DNA from: Marsupella aquatica
Lineage: Eukaryota; Plantae; Marchantiophyta
DNA: 64,000 nucleotides
Direction: 5' to 3'
Assembly (NCBI GenBank): GCA_973895155.1
Contig: OZ316894.1
Location: 26,645,240-26,709,239, forward strand
Each line of letters opens with the position of its first letter. Within the stretch, counting starts at the first letter, position 1. This document shows positions 39,174 to 53,334 of this stretch, piece after piece. The notes beneath the pieces are model-generated. The model saw nothing but the letters and a program-made list of their open reading frames with translations. It did no database searches and was not told the DNA's origin. The position numbers and the translations under genes were made by a program.

Positions 39174-42100
39174 CGCACCTACTGCCATCCCCCGTTCTCA
39201 TCCAACTCTGACAACCTCTCAAAATCAGCTAAAACTGTTCTTGCTCCATCGCTGCCGTATCTCCGCCATCGCTCCACCGCCACCCTCTCTTCCATTCCAT
39301 TCCATTCCTTGTTCTTCGACCTCAACTGCGCTCTTTCTCATGCCCGAGCTCGACGACCTCGATCGATAAGTTATGTAGCTCCCTGTCATTGTTCCCTTAC
39401 CGACTTCACTTTAAGGGGAGTTCTTGAAAATTAGGAGTAAATTTCATCTCATGAATGCAATTGTGTTTACTTATCAATGGTGACAATTATAGGGTGACTG
39501 CCTATTGAAAACACTAAGTGAAACAAGGCATGAAAGAAATATCTAGCTCATATGCACAAAAATTAAACATAAACTTGAATTGTTGTAACAGGGTACCAGA
39601 GTCATAATTACTTAAAAAGAGTGGAAATATAATAGTTTTTTAAAACTTTCGTACCCTTAAGTATGTCACTTGGGCAAGTTATTGAATAATTCACGATACT
39701 AAGCCATGCTTAACTTGTAAACTTTCCTTCGAAAAGAAGTTGAGACAAAAGAAAGGAAACCTACTTTGGTTTGAAGTTAGTTTGATGAGAATGGAAGATG
39801 ATTATTATCAATTGGGCATTACAAGTAAATTAGGAGAGTACCACAAAGTCTATTTAGATGACATTTGAAGATCAAGAGGAGCTGGTTGGACCAATGAGCA
39901 ACGATCCCGAGAAGCCCTTTTCTAGGCAATCCTTGAAGGGCAAAGCCCAGGGGGAAGTTGGAGATTCAGTGGTTAGCTTGATATCCCTTGATTAACCTTG
40001 ACCCCAAACCCATAGTTATATGATTGTGTGTCCTTCTTTACACTCAAGAGTATACTTTTGGTTTTGACTACTTTGACTACTCTTCTAAGTGGAGTTGTCA
40101 CTATTGTTTATTTTTGAAATTGATTTTATTTTAGGGGATGAAGAGGCATGTCTCTTTATTCACCCTTGCCAGTGGGCCATCCTACCTAGTACAATTTATC
40201 CTACCTAGTATATATGTTACCGATTTTTACTTTTCTTAGGGGGACTCAGTTATTGCAACTCTAGCAATAAAGTTTGTCCCTTTGGCAATCAAGGATTATC
40301 CTTCATTTAATATTAAGGAGTCTGACCTCCACCTTTCCATGTCCAGATTGTATATCTTGCATATGGAAGTAAAAATTGGAAACTTGGTGTTTTGTCGTGG
40401 AATGAAACATTCCTTGCTGGTGCTTATTCCATGCAAAACCTCTGTTGATCCAAGTTCTTGGATGCTCAAGGATTGTTTGACTCAAAGAGAGTGAGTTTGT
40501 TTGAGGTCTAGAATGAAGATAGTGTTTAAGTTGTTGGAGCAAGATTCTATCTTTGGATGTTTGCAGTACCCACAATTTGCAAAAGTTGTGCATCAGCATT
40601 CTCTCCAAATTGCTTCTCGCTAGTGAGATGAATCATGTTGACAGCATTTTAATGTAGATGCTCATGTGAGATTGTCCAGAACATTTCCTCCACATTAGAG
40701 CACATTTAAAAAATAATTTTGTTATCTGTTATCACGTAAGGATTGTCTAGTAACTTATAGTTAATCTACCAGTCAAGATCCAGGATAGCTTTTATAATCC
40801 CAGTGTCAATAATTGCTCAAGTTAGGACAACTTTAGAGGACGCAAAATTGAGAAAGGAGTTGTTTATTGACATTCAAAAATAGAGCTTTGAGCTGTGGAC
40901 TAGTGCTGAATTACAGTGCTTGCCATTTTAGAATGAAACTGGACCAATGTGTTTGGTTTAGAAGTTGAGAAAGATTTCAACAACAACAAGTAGGAGCTCC
41001 GTCTTATGTGTGCATCTCAGGTACAGGGCATTTCCAACCCTTTAGTGAAAGGTCTTTACACTAACTGGGTAAGGCTTACCCTAATGACTTATTGGACAAG
41101 CAGCAAAACATTAAAATTCTCACACAAGCCAATATTTTACACATGTAGTCATGCTACATGATTCTCACAGTGGATCAATGAATATCAATGATTGAGAATG
41201 AATCCTTCTCTTGTTTCATTATCTTAATTGTTATCCAAGTTTCAGTTCAAATCTAGCGCCAAAGACTATGTGTTATCTGAGCATGTTCACAAGGCCCTTT
41301 CTTCATAGTCATTGACCAAGTGCTTTCAGCTGTCTCATATGGCATATTCCACAAATTCTACCATTGATGAGAGTGGAATCTAAGATTCAAGCAGCTGCAC
41401 TATCCGGACTGATTTCACGTTTGGTTTCATTTTTCTCATTTTTATTTTCTATTTTCATGGCGGATCGGTCTTTTTCAGACTCTAATGGTACTGTAGAAAG
41501 CCCACTAAATAGGTGAGAAAGTCCGGGCGTTCCATACGCCAGGTCTTCCCAAAGGCTGTATACCGCAGTTTGGCTCAGTTCAGCTGAACTCCAACTCAAG
41601 ATCAATGTGACAGCTCAGGTTTAACAGTACCGCTTCTCAGTGCTCCTACTCTTCGCCACCAAGATTTCTACATGAATCGAAGGAGATCCCCGCTGGCTAT
41701 CCCGAATCCCGGGCTGTCGCAAGCTAACAATGCTTGCAGAATTCACAATTTGCGAAGAATTACTCGTCGTAACTCATTATTTAATGTCGCATTAGTTGCT
41801 TGCCGGGGAGCTGTGTGTAGCTGCATACTGACGAATCCAATGATCCCTGTTAGATTCGCGTTACCTATTTTACACGGCCTCTCGCGATGTCCTGTCGGCA
41901 GAGAATTCCTAGCAAGGCCCTAGCTATACTCAATTTTTTCTGCGTTTAAACCCTAAACTGCTGGGCAACTGTACTTTTAACTCTTAGTGCCTAAGGAAGC
42001 GGGACAGAATCTCTGTTTCAGCCCGGGAAACTTTTTTGTCTACCCATCCTGGTTCAATTCGTGCTCAATTCTTGGATGAGGTCTCCTGCTGCCTGCAATT

Positions 42101-44017
42101 ATGTGCATTTGCCTCTGTTTTCAGACATGTCAACTTTATAGGATGTCTCCGTTTGTGAGCTTCTTTTACTGCCCATCACAACCTAGGTCAATTTTTTTCC
42201 CACTTGCTTCAACTTCTTGTTCTGAAAGAATTGTCTAGCCTCCCCAATTTGCTACTTACACACTCTGCATATCAGTATCACTTGTTACAAGTTCTTCTTT
42301 GAAGAAATGTCGTCAATCTTTCGATTGGTATGCAGGACAATTCGGTTGGAAAGGGTTCTTTCTAGGAGGGCGCTAAACAAGAGCACTTCCGGCAAACCTT
42401 TTCAGAGGGCAATGTGCAGGTGGTGGTTGCTTTGGGATTTAAAATTCTCGTACTTTTTCCTCTGAAAACTTGTAGTTTTGATTCTCAAGTTTGGATGGCA
42501 AAGCTGGGATAATTCTTGGAAGTGTACAGCACTTCTTAGTTCTAAATTCTTAATGAAGGAGGACGTGATCCTGGAGAAGATACTGCTACTGCTATGCTTC
42601 TAGGGGTTCCTCCAACTCTTACGTTGAGCTGAGATTCCTCTGCCTTCACCAATAGAGCCTTCGCCAAGTGAATTTTGTTTCCTTAGTCCAAGGGGAAGGA
42701 AAGATGAGACTTGAAATTTGAGGGCTCTGCGAGATTGCACTACTTAGACTGATTGCAACGTTTGTCAAACAGGTAAGATCATATCTCTCACAACTGTACC
42801 ATTAAGCTCTATTCCCGGCACGGGAACGGATCTGACTAGATGGAAATTTTGGATATGGAACACGTTAGGCTGCACTCCACAGCCAGGTATGATTGATTTT
42901 GTATGCATGTCATTTGTTGGATTATGATGTGATCAAACGACATTGAATGCATTCTCAACGAACACGTCTGATTTGCAGAGTTCATCCTTCATCTTCCGGT
43001 TTGATTGGTATGGATATCAGCCATTGTTCTTGTACAAGGCCTTCAGGTAATGAGACTAAAGAGCGATTTCAACGTTATGCGTACCTACTTTTAAACAGAA
43101 ACTCTTGTTCCAGCACCACAGTGACATTTATAATTGCCTGAACTTCCTGCTATGGGTCTTGTGTGATGAAGACTTTAATTGAACTTGAAGTTTGATTCTT
43201 GGGCGAGGGGGCGGGGGGCGCTGTCACTTTCATGTCATATGTGTCTCTCGATGGATTGTATAAGAGCCAATTTAAGGAATGCTGCATAGGCAATTTTAGG
43301 AGAGGGACGGGTAGCGCTTTCCCATTCATGTCATGTGTGTCTAATTAAGGATTCTCTAGAGCCAATCTACAGATGCTGGCTAGGGTTTTTTGTGAATTGT
43401 AGACGCTTTTCAAAAACCTGAGATTCTGGTTGTGTATAGCATAGAAAGGACAGTGGAGGAAACGTAGAACTGAACGCCTGTCAATGTGTCATAAGAGTCT
43501 ATCCTATGCAAACCTCAAGGATAACATGCGACTCCTGCCTGAAGGTTTTTAGTGCCAATTGGATATTCTGTTGACTCTGTCCTTTCTGGGGTTACAGTGA
43601 ATAACAAGAGTATGAACAAGCTAATTGATACTGGAGCTACCTAGATCTGCCTTTCACAATTATTTCAGTATTCTAAGATCATTGCATTCTTGACAGATAG
43701 CCGTTACTCTCAGCTGAAAAGGAGTCATACAACTTTTGCAAGTTATCTTTACCAAATATCACAGCGGAGCAAGGGAGACAAGAAAATACATATATGGACA
43801 GAGGTGGGAATGCACCCTAGAACTCCCGAGACTTACCAGTCTGCTATCTATATCTGAACATTCATTGTAGGAAGATCGTTAGGAAACATAGTCCTCAAGA
43901 AATAACTTCAAATTCATTGCACTGCGTGGAATGTCCTGGATTTTATCCTGGACCAGATCTGATCGTGGGTTGTGGTGCTGACAGACGAAGCCCAGAGCAC
44001 TTGAGTTCGATCATAAG

Positions 44018-46261
44018 ATGACAAGGAAAGTACTTTGGGTGGATGGATGGTCAACTCCTGCATGGGTTAAGCCAAGGGCGAATGTGATTACTCACTGCAG
44101 ATTTCAATCTCATTTTAGTTATGGCACGGGAGATCGGTCTCAAGTCACGTTAAAAGGGACTGGCAGTAGGCATATGCATGAAACAATTGCTGTTTTGAAA
44201 GGTCGTCTACAGCGAGGCATTCCTACAGACTCGTACACATATGTTAAAGTTCTGCAAATGCTCTTGCATCAGAAAGATCTGTCAGCAGTCGAGCAAATTC
44301 ATGATTGCATCATCGAGAGTGGAGTTGATAAGAATCCACATGTGGTAATCACGCTGTTGAATGTGTATATCAAATGCGGAGGATTATCGGACGCACGTAG
44401 AGTTTTTGATCAAATTCAGAAGAAGTGTGTTATTACTTGGACCACCATGATTGCAGGATACGCTAGAAGTGATCATGTTGAATTTGCACTCGAAATGTTG
44501 AATCTCATGCGCCAAGAAGGCGTGCAGCCGAATAAGATCACGTATCTGAGCATCCTGAAAGGATGTGCCGGCCCATTAGCTCTAAGATGCGGAAAAGAAA
44601 TTCATGAGCATATTCGACGGGTCGGCTTTGAATCGGACGTGCGTGTAGGGACTGCTCTCGTAAGGATGTACGCTAAATGTGGGTGCATCAGCGAGGCAAG
44701 GAAAGTTTTTGAAAAGTTGACCACTCGAAATGTCATTACATGGAATGTTATGATTGGAGCATGTGCAGAACGTGGTGATGGTGTGGAAGCATATCGACTA
44801 TTCCTCCAAATGAGACGGGAAGGCTTCAAACCAGATGTAATCACTTATGTGAGCATCCTGAATGCATCTGCAAGTGCGGGGGCTTTGGAGTGGGTGAAGG
44901 AGGTTCATGGCCACGCTAGCAGAGCCGGACTGGAGTCGGATTTGCGTGTAGGCAGTGCACTCATCCACATGTATGCAGAGGGTGGCAGTATAGATGACGC
45001 CCGACTAGTTTTTGATAGAATGGAGAAACGCGATGTATTCACATGGAATTTAATGATCGGTGGACTTGCACAACATGGATGTGGCCATGAAGCATATCGA
45101 CTGTTTCTCGAAATGCGACGTGAAGGCTTCGAACCAAATACATTCACATATGGGAGCATCCTGAATGCATCTGCAAGTGAGGGGGCTTTGGAATGGGTGA
45201 AGACAGTTCATGGCCATGCTAGCAAAGCGGGACTGGAGTCAGATTTGCGTGTGGGCAGTGCACTGGTTCACATGTATGCAGAGAGTGGCAGTATAGCTGA
45301 CGCCCGACTTGTTTTTAACAGAATGGAGAAACGCGATGTAATCACATGGAACATAATGATCGGTGGACTTGGGCAACACGGCTATAGCCAGGAAGCCCTG
45401 GAACTTTTCAGAAAAATGAATGCAGACCATGTGAAGCCCATCGAGACGTCATTCGTAGCTGTGTTGTCAGCCTGTTCTCATGGAGGCCTTGTTGATGATG
45501 GCCGTAGAATCTTTTCAGCCATGACGCAAGATTATGGTATTGAGCATACTGTTGTTCACTATAACCTCATGGTGGATATTCTTGGGCGGGCGGGATACGT
45601 AGAGGAAGCAAAGCAGTTCATCAGTGAGATGCCGATCAAACCAGATGATGTGACTTGGACAGCCTTGCTTGGGGCTTGTAGAACTTACGGTAACGTGGAG
45701 CTCGGCGAACTGGCCGCTAACGAGCTTTTCAAGTTGAAACCCGGTAAGGCCTCTACGTATGTGCTGCTCTCCAATATCTATGCTGCAGCTGGGAAGTGGG
45801 CGAAGGTGTCAACTGTGCGCACTATGATGCAAGAGAGAGGTGTTCGGAAAGAGCCAGGGCGTAGCTGGATTGAGGTTGACAACCAGATTCATGAATTTGT
45901 TGTGGGGGATACATCTCACCCAGAAGCGAAGGCAATATATACTGAGTTGAATAAATTGAGTGAAAAACTGAAGGCTGAAGGCTACATTCCAGATACCCGG
46001 CTTGTGTTGCATGATATGAATGAGGAGGATAAAGAGCTAGCTCTTTGCTGTCATAGTGAGAAGTTGGCTATTGCTTACGGACTTATGCACCTACCTTGGG
46101 GAGAACCAATTCGTGTAAGTAAGAACCTTCGGGTGTGTTCAGATTGCCACTCAGCATCCAAGTACATCTCGAAGGTGACCGGACGCGAGATTATTGCGAG
46201 GGATGCAAATCGGTTCCACCATTTTAAAGATGGAGTATGTTCTTGTGGTGATTACTGGTGA
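44018..46261 (+). CDS. PLS-class pentatricopeptide repeat protein with E and DYW deaminase domain (organellar C-to-U RNA editing factor)
   Basis: 747 aa intact single-exon ORF; repeating P-L-S motifs, PG box (KEPGRSWIEV), HSEKLA...CSDCH zinc motif, ends CSCGDYW. Confidence 0.96.
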   Translation: MTRKVLWVDGWSTPAWVKPRANVITHCRFQSHFSYGTGDRSQVTLKGTGSRHMHETIAVLKGRLQRGIPTDSYTYVKVLQMLLHQKDLSAVEQIHDCIIESGVDKNPHVVITLLNVYIKCGGLSDARRVFDQIQKKCVITWTTMIAGYARSDHVEFALEMLNLMRQEGVQPNKITYLSILKGCAGPLALRCGKEIHEHIRRVGFESDVRVGTALVRMYAKCGCISEARKVFEKLTTRNVITWNVMIGACAERGDGVEAYRLFLQMRREGFKPDVITYVSILNASASAGALEWVKEVHGHASRAGLESDLRVGSALIHMYAEGGSIDDARLVFDRMEKRDVFTWNLMIGGLAQHGCGHEAYRLFLEMRREGFEPNTFTYGSILNASASEGALEWVKTVHGHASKAGLESDLRVGSALVHMYAESGSIADARLVFNRMEKRDVITWNIMIGGLGQHGYSQEALELFRKMNADHVKPIETSFVAVLSACSHGGLVDDGRRIFSAMTQDYGIEHTVVHYNLMVDILGRAGYVEEAKQFISEMPIKPDDVTWTALLGACRTYGNVELGELAANELFKLKPGKASTYVLLSNIYAAAGKWAKVSTVRTMMQERGVRKEPGRSWIEVDNQIHEFVVGDTSHPEAKAIYTELNKLSEKLKAEGYIPDTRLVLHDMNEEDKELALCCHSEKLAIAYGLMHLPWGEPIRVSKNLRVCSDCHSASKYISKVTGREIIARDANRFHHFKDGVCSCGDYW

Positions 46262-49200
46262 ACCCAGATTGAAACCTGTGTTGGGCTGGCTGGAAAGTGA
46301 CTTTAAAGCAGTACTACTGGCAGCGCAGATACGATCATTTCGTTGCTGCAATTCTGTAACATTAATTTTGAGATTTTGCATTTGGGGTTGTAAGTAGCCC
46401 TCATCTGGCTGAAAGAAAATTTCATGTAAGAGAAATGCTCCGAGAGTTTAGTTTAGATTCGTGAAATCAAGCCCCTGGCTTGATGTGTAGAAAGTTCTTT
46501 TCATATCTTCGTCAAATTTGGTCTTTAGATTACAAGAAGGGTTTGCATACAGTAGCTGCCTTGCCGTGAACATGGTACTGGAAGGGAACTCGTACGGCTG
46601 CCAGGAGACGGTAAAATCAAGGGCAGGAAGATAAAAGCGGCTACTTCACGATATCGTGCCAATTCTGGTTTTAAGCTACCGCATACTTGTTTCATGGCTT
46701 TCAACAGAGCCTTAGAACCAACGCCCGGAGCTTTATTGGTTCCATTAGCGTGGGGGCTGTAGCCGATCGAAGAGCGAGAATAAGCTAGTCAGTGAGAACA
46801 GCTCTACTTTCGACTTGTAGCTAGAATATCTTCAAAATCATTTTGTAGCTAGACCGTCTTCCTCGAGTAGGATAGAACATTAAGCAATCAGGTGCAGAGT
46901 TCATTGGCTTGTAGAGGAAGCCTTTCGCTCCCAAACTCCAGATCTTATACAGCTTAATGATGCAGGTTGGAGGTTAGACATTTCAATTCTAGTAAGGGGG
47001 TGTTTGACCAGGGATTGTCAACCAGGGCAGAGGCGGACGTGATCGTGTTGGTGTCCTTGCGAAGGCACCAGTACATCGTCTCTATGAAAGAGAAAGAGGC
47101 TATGAAGAAAGCGAGTCTCACAAGCAAAAGATGGATGAGAGTCATCTTACTGGGCCGAAGTAGATGTCAGTAGCTCTCAGGAATTACAAGGCGGAAAGAC
47201 TGGTCTCCTGCGATAGTTGTCGCAAAACTGACTCAGAGACAGACTCTGATGCCTACAAGACAAAGACCCCTTGAAACACTCTCTGATTTTTCAACTTGTA
47301 AATAGCAAATCCAACAACAGAGGCGGTCGTGTCCCCTCAAAGTCTTTTCTCTTTTCGAATCTCGGAATGTAGTTTTCAGATTTTGAATAGCAAAGTTTCC
47401 AATTATTGGCAATGAGCCCTGAGGAAGAAATAAATTATGTTTTAATTTTGGTCTCCTAAACCCTGAACCTTGACATGTTGAGACCAGTATATTGAAGTGA
47501 CTCCTCTGCACGGGCTTGTAAGATTTCAGGACAACAAAATTTGACTCCGAATGAGAATGATTGTGGCCATTACCCCGGTTTCTCAAAGTAGTACCGCTTG
47601 ATATGTTGAGCATTTAGTTGTGTACTACTTGGTCTGTTGAGCTTGTTGAGCATTTAGTTGTGTATTAGTGTTGATGGGACTGTTAATACGGCACGTCGGG
47701 AGAACACACTCAATCCCAAACACTCATCTGCAGTAGCACATGGCTGTGGAAATTTATCATCACGGAGTAATCCCACCATGGGATTTTCAATAGTTTAGGG
47801 ATTTGGTGTTGTGGCATGGCGCAAGGTAAGTTTTCACTCTCCAAGCAAATATCGTTTGGTTATAGACTGTGCACAACATGACTAACCTAACCAAGTCTGT
47901 AACTAAGGTTAGCCTTAACTACGGTACAATCGTTACTCTAGACTTAAGAGTAAATCCTAACAGGCGAGCCCAAGTCGTGAGTCGCGGTGGTCGCAACACC
48001 AACAGGAGATGTCAAGTAGAAACGACGATAACTTCTCAACGAGAAGTCCGTTGGGGGACTTCTTGGATGCGATGAAAATCTCTTGAAGAGGACTACATCC
48101 TTCTAAGCTCAAGCTGGGTCTGGGGATGTCATGGATTCTTGGGGTTTGCAGGGGCTATCTCGCCCGCTCGCCAAATTCGACCAAAATAGTAGCCAAACCA
48201 CGTTCAGTTTCTCACGGGAGCTTGCATAGGGGAGGCAAAGCCAAGTAGGCATGGAGATTGAGTGTCACTTGTCCCCTAGACTAGCAGTTGAGTGAGAACC
48301 ATGAGTTGGTTGCTATAGTTAGGGCCAATGTGATCCCGACATTTTCGAACAAGCTACGCTATTTGGGTCATGAGCATGTCATGGGGGCAGGTCGGTCAAC
48401 AAGTGATGAATAGGAACATGGGGGAGCACAGGCTGCACCCAAAGAGGGGTTATTATGGACAAACAATGGGGGTCGGCTTGATGTCGGCTCTGGCTCCGGC
48501 TTATGGCAAGGCCACGCAGGCCAGGGCGATTTTATTCGCTGACCTATAGTTTACCAATGTCTGTTGAGCTTGAGTTAGGATGCTAGACTTGGAAGCCGAG
48601 ATCCTTTGGGTTACTTACCAAGGTGTTTGGTTGCTTGTGTAGACAGTGAGGACCATTGAGTGACAGTCGTGTTAGGGAGCAAGTGCGGCTTCATATGGGA
48701 GTGGTTGCTAGGGGTGCAAGGGGCATCAAGTTGCTTGCTCAAGGAGTTCCGTGAAAGCATTCGGGCACCAAGGGCACTTAGGTGTGGGTGTTGGGATTGG
48801 TGAGGGTGCTGGGTGGCTAGGTCCACCACTCATACACCGTCTGGTCAAATATTAATGACATTTTGTAATAATAGTGTGTGTGTGTGTGTTTCCAAGAAGA
48901 GCTAATGATGTTGACTAAACTTACAAGTACCACTGATGGCTTCCTTGAATGGAAGATTGGCACTAAAAACTGCACAATAATCTTGTAGTACATGAATGCC
49001 TTGGCTGACTTTTCACCCTGAAATAGGATTTTGAACACACAAAAAATAGTAGTTAGAGAGATTTTTGTGTTTCAAATAGATTATTGTTCTTCATTACAAA
49101 ATCAAGAGTCCACAAATTTGCTTTAGCTTGCACTCCATATAATTGCTCCCTCTATAAAATCACAAAGAAAAGTTGTGGATTCCACTCCCCATGGAGTGAG

Positions 49201-50329
49201 CAACAAATGTGAAAGCTCCATCTTGCATAGTATGTGGTATAGCTAGTGATGTGGTGTAGTGTGGTTGGTATCTCTGCCAACTTGACCCTTTCCAAAACAA
49301 GAAGGATGACAGCCTCAATGTTGTCATCAAAATGAACCATCGCACCACCGCAAATTACAAAACTTAGCTTAGTGTACTGTTTTGTTTGGAATTTGCAATG
49401 GATCATCCCAACATCAAAACAACCGGGAAATCAACAAAGGCAAATATGAAATCAATAACACATGAATTGAAATGAAGTCCACTGACCATGTATATAGGCA
49501 ACCTCCGCAAAAATTGCAAAATTTAATGGGGTTGCAGTTTGAAGACTTAGCGGGAAGAGGTAATTAATGAGGGGTACTTGTTAGCCTTCTGTCCTTTTTT
49601 GGCAAAAATGGCGCGTATTCACTCCAATGGTAGAGGAGTACCGGGGGAGTACCATGCCGTCAGATGGGACAGCACAATGCCAAAGGGGTTACCATCCCTG
49701 AATTTCTGCTATTGCAGTTTCAACTCACGCACATAAATTTGGATGTGGCAAGTATTAAAAACAAGACTTATTATGTGGGAATGTGTAAGGACGTAATACG
49801 TTGACTCAAGTGAAATTTGCATAACCATCATAGGGGCACATAACAGTCAAATGCATATGAATTACCATTGTACATGTCATAACATAACATCATGCCCAAG
49901 TTGGGACATAGAAACTACATATTGTTGATATATAGGCAACTCCTTTTTGAGACTGGTAATATTATTAATACATGGAATTTGTAAATAATGTTATGAGAGA
50001 TTCTGAAAATTGTAAACCTCCAATTTCAACATGTACCACAATTGTTAGACGGCTTGTCAGAGTCATTGGAGGAGTCAATGTCTTTCTCAAAATTGCACCC
50101 AGTGAGGCAAAGGTCATCATTCACTGCTAGTAGTATCCCTGGTAGTATCCCCACGTGAGCTTTGTAGAGCAATGTTGAGTTACTTGAATTTTCTCCCTAA
50201 CGTCACTAAGAGCTTTCTACTATATATTGTCATATTGAGGCATCTCTTTGTTGGAAATTATGACATTCAGCATAGCAGATGGAAAGACACTTAATTCACA
50301 TGAAGCATTCAATGTGAGTCATCACTTCT

Positions 50330-50621
50330 TGAGTTTTCTTCCTACCCATCGCGCCCAAAGAAGTTAAGATTTTTTAAAATCAATTGAGCAGAAGACTTTT
50401 AAAATTTTGTTGAAGAAAGATAGGGCTGCCTGTTTTAATCCAATTTTTAAAATTATAAGAACTATATGGGTTTTTTCATTACAAATGTGGGGAATATTCC
50501 ATAAATTTAGGGGTTAAAAAATAGTAAAATTTTACTTTACTTTCTTGAGTTTAGGGTGTTAATTTATTACTTGAAAACTTCTCGCGTGATATGGGAGATC
50601 CCTTGGAGTGAGGCCCTTGAG
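50330..50621. mobile_element. Degenerate copy of the MITE family
   Basis: GAAGACTTTTAAAATTTTG, TTTTAATCCAATTTTT and terminal AGTGAGGCCCTTGAG resemble the 60457-60751 copy; left boundary approximate. Confidence 0.45.
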
Positions 50622-51296
50622 AGAACAACAACATGACTGGTTGATGCATAGACATGTTGATTGATATGGTTCATTTTATTCCAAAAGCTTTGGCCAACAT
50701 GAAATCATGCACAGTAGATCCTAGGTACAACAATGTCATTGTTCATCATCATCTTTTCTGTGATACTCCAGGGACATTACTAATTCACCCAAGTAACAGC
50801 AATGCCGTTCTTAGATTTCTTTCCCTTGGCTGAAGATGTATTTGCTGTCTCGGGGCAATTGGGGATGGGATTGTGTCATACACTGATTGGGCTTGCAGAT
50901 TTGTGAATCAATGTCAAGTGAACAACCTTCACAACATAGTCACTCACACACAAAGTGATCCTAGCTCTTAGGATTTTTGGATGACAACATTCATAGACTT
51001 CATTTGCTCTAATTCATTTTAATTAATAGTTGAAAGTCACAAGGACAACTATCCAACATGATACACGCCACATCCCATACATGGGCGGACTTATATGGAC
51101 AATCTTCCCATGGACTGCATGCATCACAAAGCATGATAATGAAGAGGAATTCAAGAATTTCAGGTAGATTATGGTTTCATTTGGGTCCAAACTCAAGGAA
51201 TTATGAGCACATTTTGCCATTATTGTGCCTATGATTGAGGACACACTAAATAAGTGAATTTTCTAGGATGTGGGTTGGGCACAACAACATTCACTG

Positions 51297-51594
51297 CTCA
51301 GGGGTCTCACTATATGGAGGCCTCCCCATCACTTGTGATATTTTTAGGCCTCAGACCCCCTAAAATGTAAGAAAATAATAATTTTTCAACCCCTATAAAG
51401 TTAGAATATTTTTGGAACATTCTAAAAATTTGATTATAATGACCCTAATGTTCTTATAAGTCTCAAAATTGGATTTAAAAGATCCTATTGTTCTTATAAG
51501 AAAAATTTTAAGTCTTCATTTCCAACCACCAATAAAATGACCCTATCCTTTGTCGCATGTGATGTGTCATTTTTGTGGAAATGAAACCCCCGAG
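51297..51594. mobile_element. MITE (~298 bp), 15 bp TIR, 8 bp TSD ATTCACTG
   Basis: Ends CTCAGGGGTCTCACT ... AATGAAACCCCCGAG, flanked on both sides by ATTCACTG; inverted homologue at 60457-60751. Confidence 0.88.
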
Positions 51595-53334
51595 ATTCAC
51601 TGTCCAGATCAAGGAATCTGCAAACTCTGTAGTCTCTCCTGCAACACTCTCTCTTCCACCTCGGCAAGGGAGGTCCAAGCAACTGTATAATTTGCCTTTG
51701 CATTTTGGGGAGGACAGAACTTAGAGGAAGTTCTCCCACTGACCAAGAATATACTGTCTGCAAATGAGAGCACCTGAGAGAAGAGATGTCCAAGCTTGAT
51801 TCCATGCCAGGGCTATAGTACTTTCATGTGATGTGGAGCTTGCTTGAATCCCCACTTCCTACCGTTCCGCACCAACTGTATGGAAGAGGTGATGCAATCA
51901 CAATTGAGCCCATCAAAACAATGTGAATGGCTTAATCAACATCGAGTATGAGGTGTCGGAAAGGTAATTTTCAACCTCTGATCCGCATAATTGGTGAATC
52001 TCAGAAAAATAATAAAATTCACCTTCCAATGAGGGTCCTATTGCTGTTGATAGAGTGTGGAAGCGGGAAGCCAAGGCACCCACCTGGGCACCCAGGTCTC
52101 ATAGCAGCCCTGGCGACAACAACAAAACTCAGAAAATGCAATGTCCACAATGTTCAACGCAACCAAATGTTTGACTTTGCAACTGCCAAGCAGACTGAGG
52201 TGGGGACTTTGAACTTGTCTGGGTATATTGGATCTCACATTGGATACACAAAAAGAACCAGAAAAACAACAGTGTTTGCGCTCATGTGTACTATTAGCCT
52301 CCCCATATTTAATGAGTTAAGGCTGTGCTTTGAGACACCCTTCTAAATCAAAATGTTGGATCACAAATATCCAAAAGCAATGCAAATTGGAAATAAATTT
52401 GGAACAGTCCTTAGGGTGGCTTTATAAGACTATGGGGGCAGTTTCCATTTTTTTGGTCTCCAAAAGTTAACCAAAAAGGCCACATTTTATTCATTATTGC
52501 GATCCGAATTAACACACTCTTCTACTAGTGCCCCGTCACGCTTTGTTTCTCCTGCAGTACCGGATACCCAACTGTCAGCCTACAAACCCCCACTTCAAGA
52601 GGAATTTGGTAGGTGGACCCCTTAGCATTTGAACCCACTGCCATTTCCCAATCGGATTTGCAGTCTATCGGGTTTGGGTTCAATTCCCAAACGAGGAATT
52701 GACACGAGTTTTTTGATAAAGGGGATTTTTAGTTGTTTGACTTTCTCCAGTCAGCTGCAGCAGGCCCCAGTGACTGTTCACCACCTAAATGCAGGTCCTT
52801 CCAAAGGGATTCGGCAGTGAGGCAACTGCTAACCAGACCCAGTTTCCCGGTTAGCGCCAGCCAAAAAATACTCAGGTTATTACCGCCCTTCCTTACACAG
52901 ACCTGCACGTAGCCACTTGTCCTACCCTAGTTTCAGAAACAAAGAATAATGCGGCATAACGGACCCCCAACTACAGTAAATTCCTCCGCCGCGGGCTGCC
53001 AGTTGGGGTAGTAGTCGTAGGACTAGGTACGGCATGCAAATGTGCATGCCCTCATGCACCTTGCATGCATGCAACGCCCGGTGTGGGGGGGCCGGAAGGG
53101 CTAGGAGTACGAGTAGGGCCGCCACTCGCCAGCAAGTCGGGTCTCATGGCATCATAGTGGCCAATTGAGGATAACACTTTTGAAGGTTCCTCATCCTTTG
53201 GGGTTTCGTCGTGGTAACACACGGCCACCGGCGCCTTTTCAGTGTGTGGTCTCCGTGGCCCCGCCGGATCCCCCGTCGTTGATTTCTGATCTAACTTGCG
53301 AAAGTAGGAGTTCGCGATGAGTAGAACATGAGGA

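Noticed and set aside
47700-50300. Possible old TE fragments (also 19800-20800, 31000-32050, 61600-62050)
   Set aside because: Composition is suggestive, but I found no diagnostic motif or termini I can defend.
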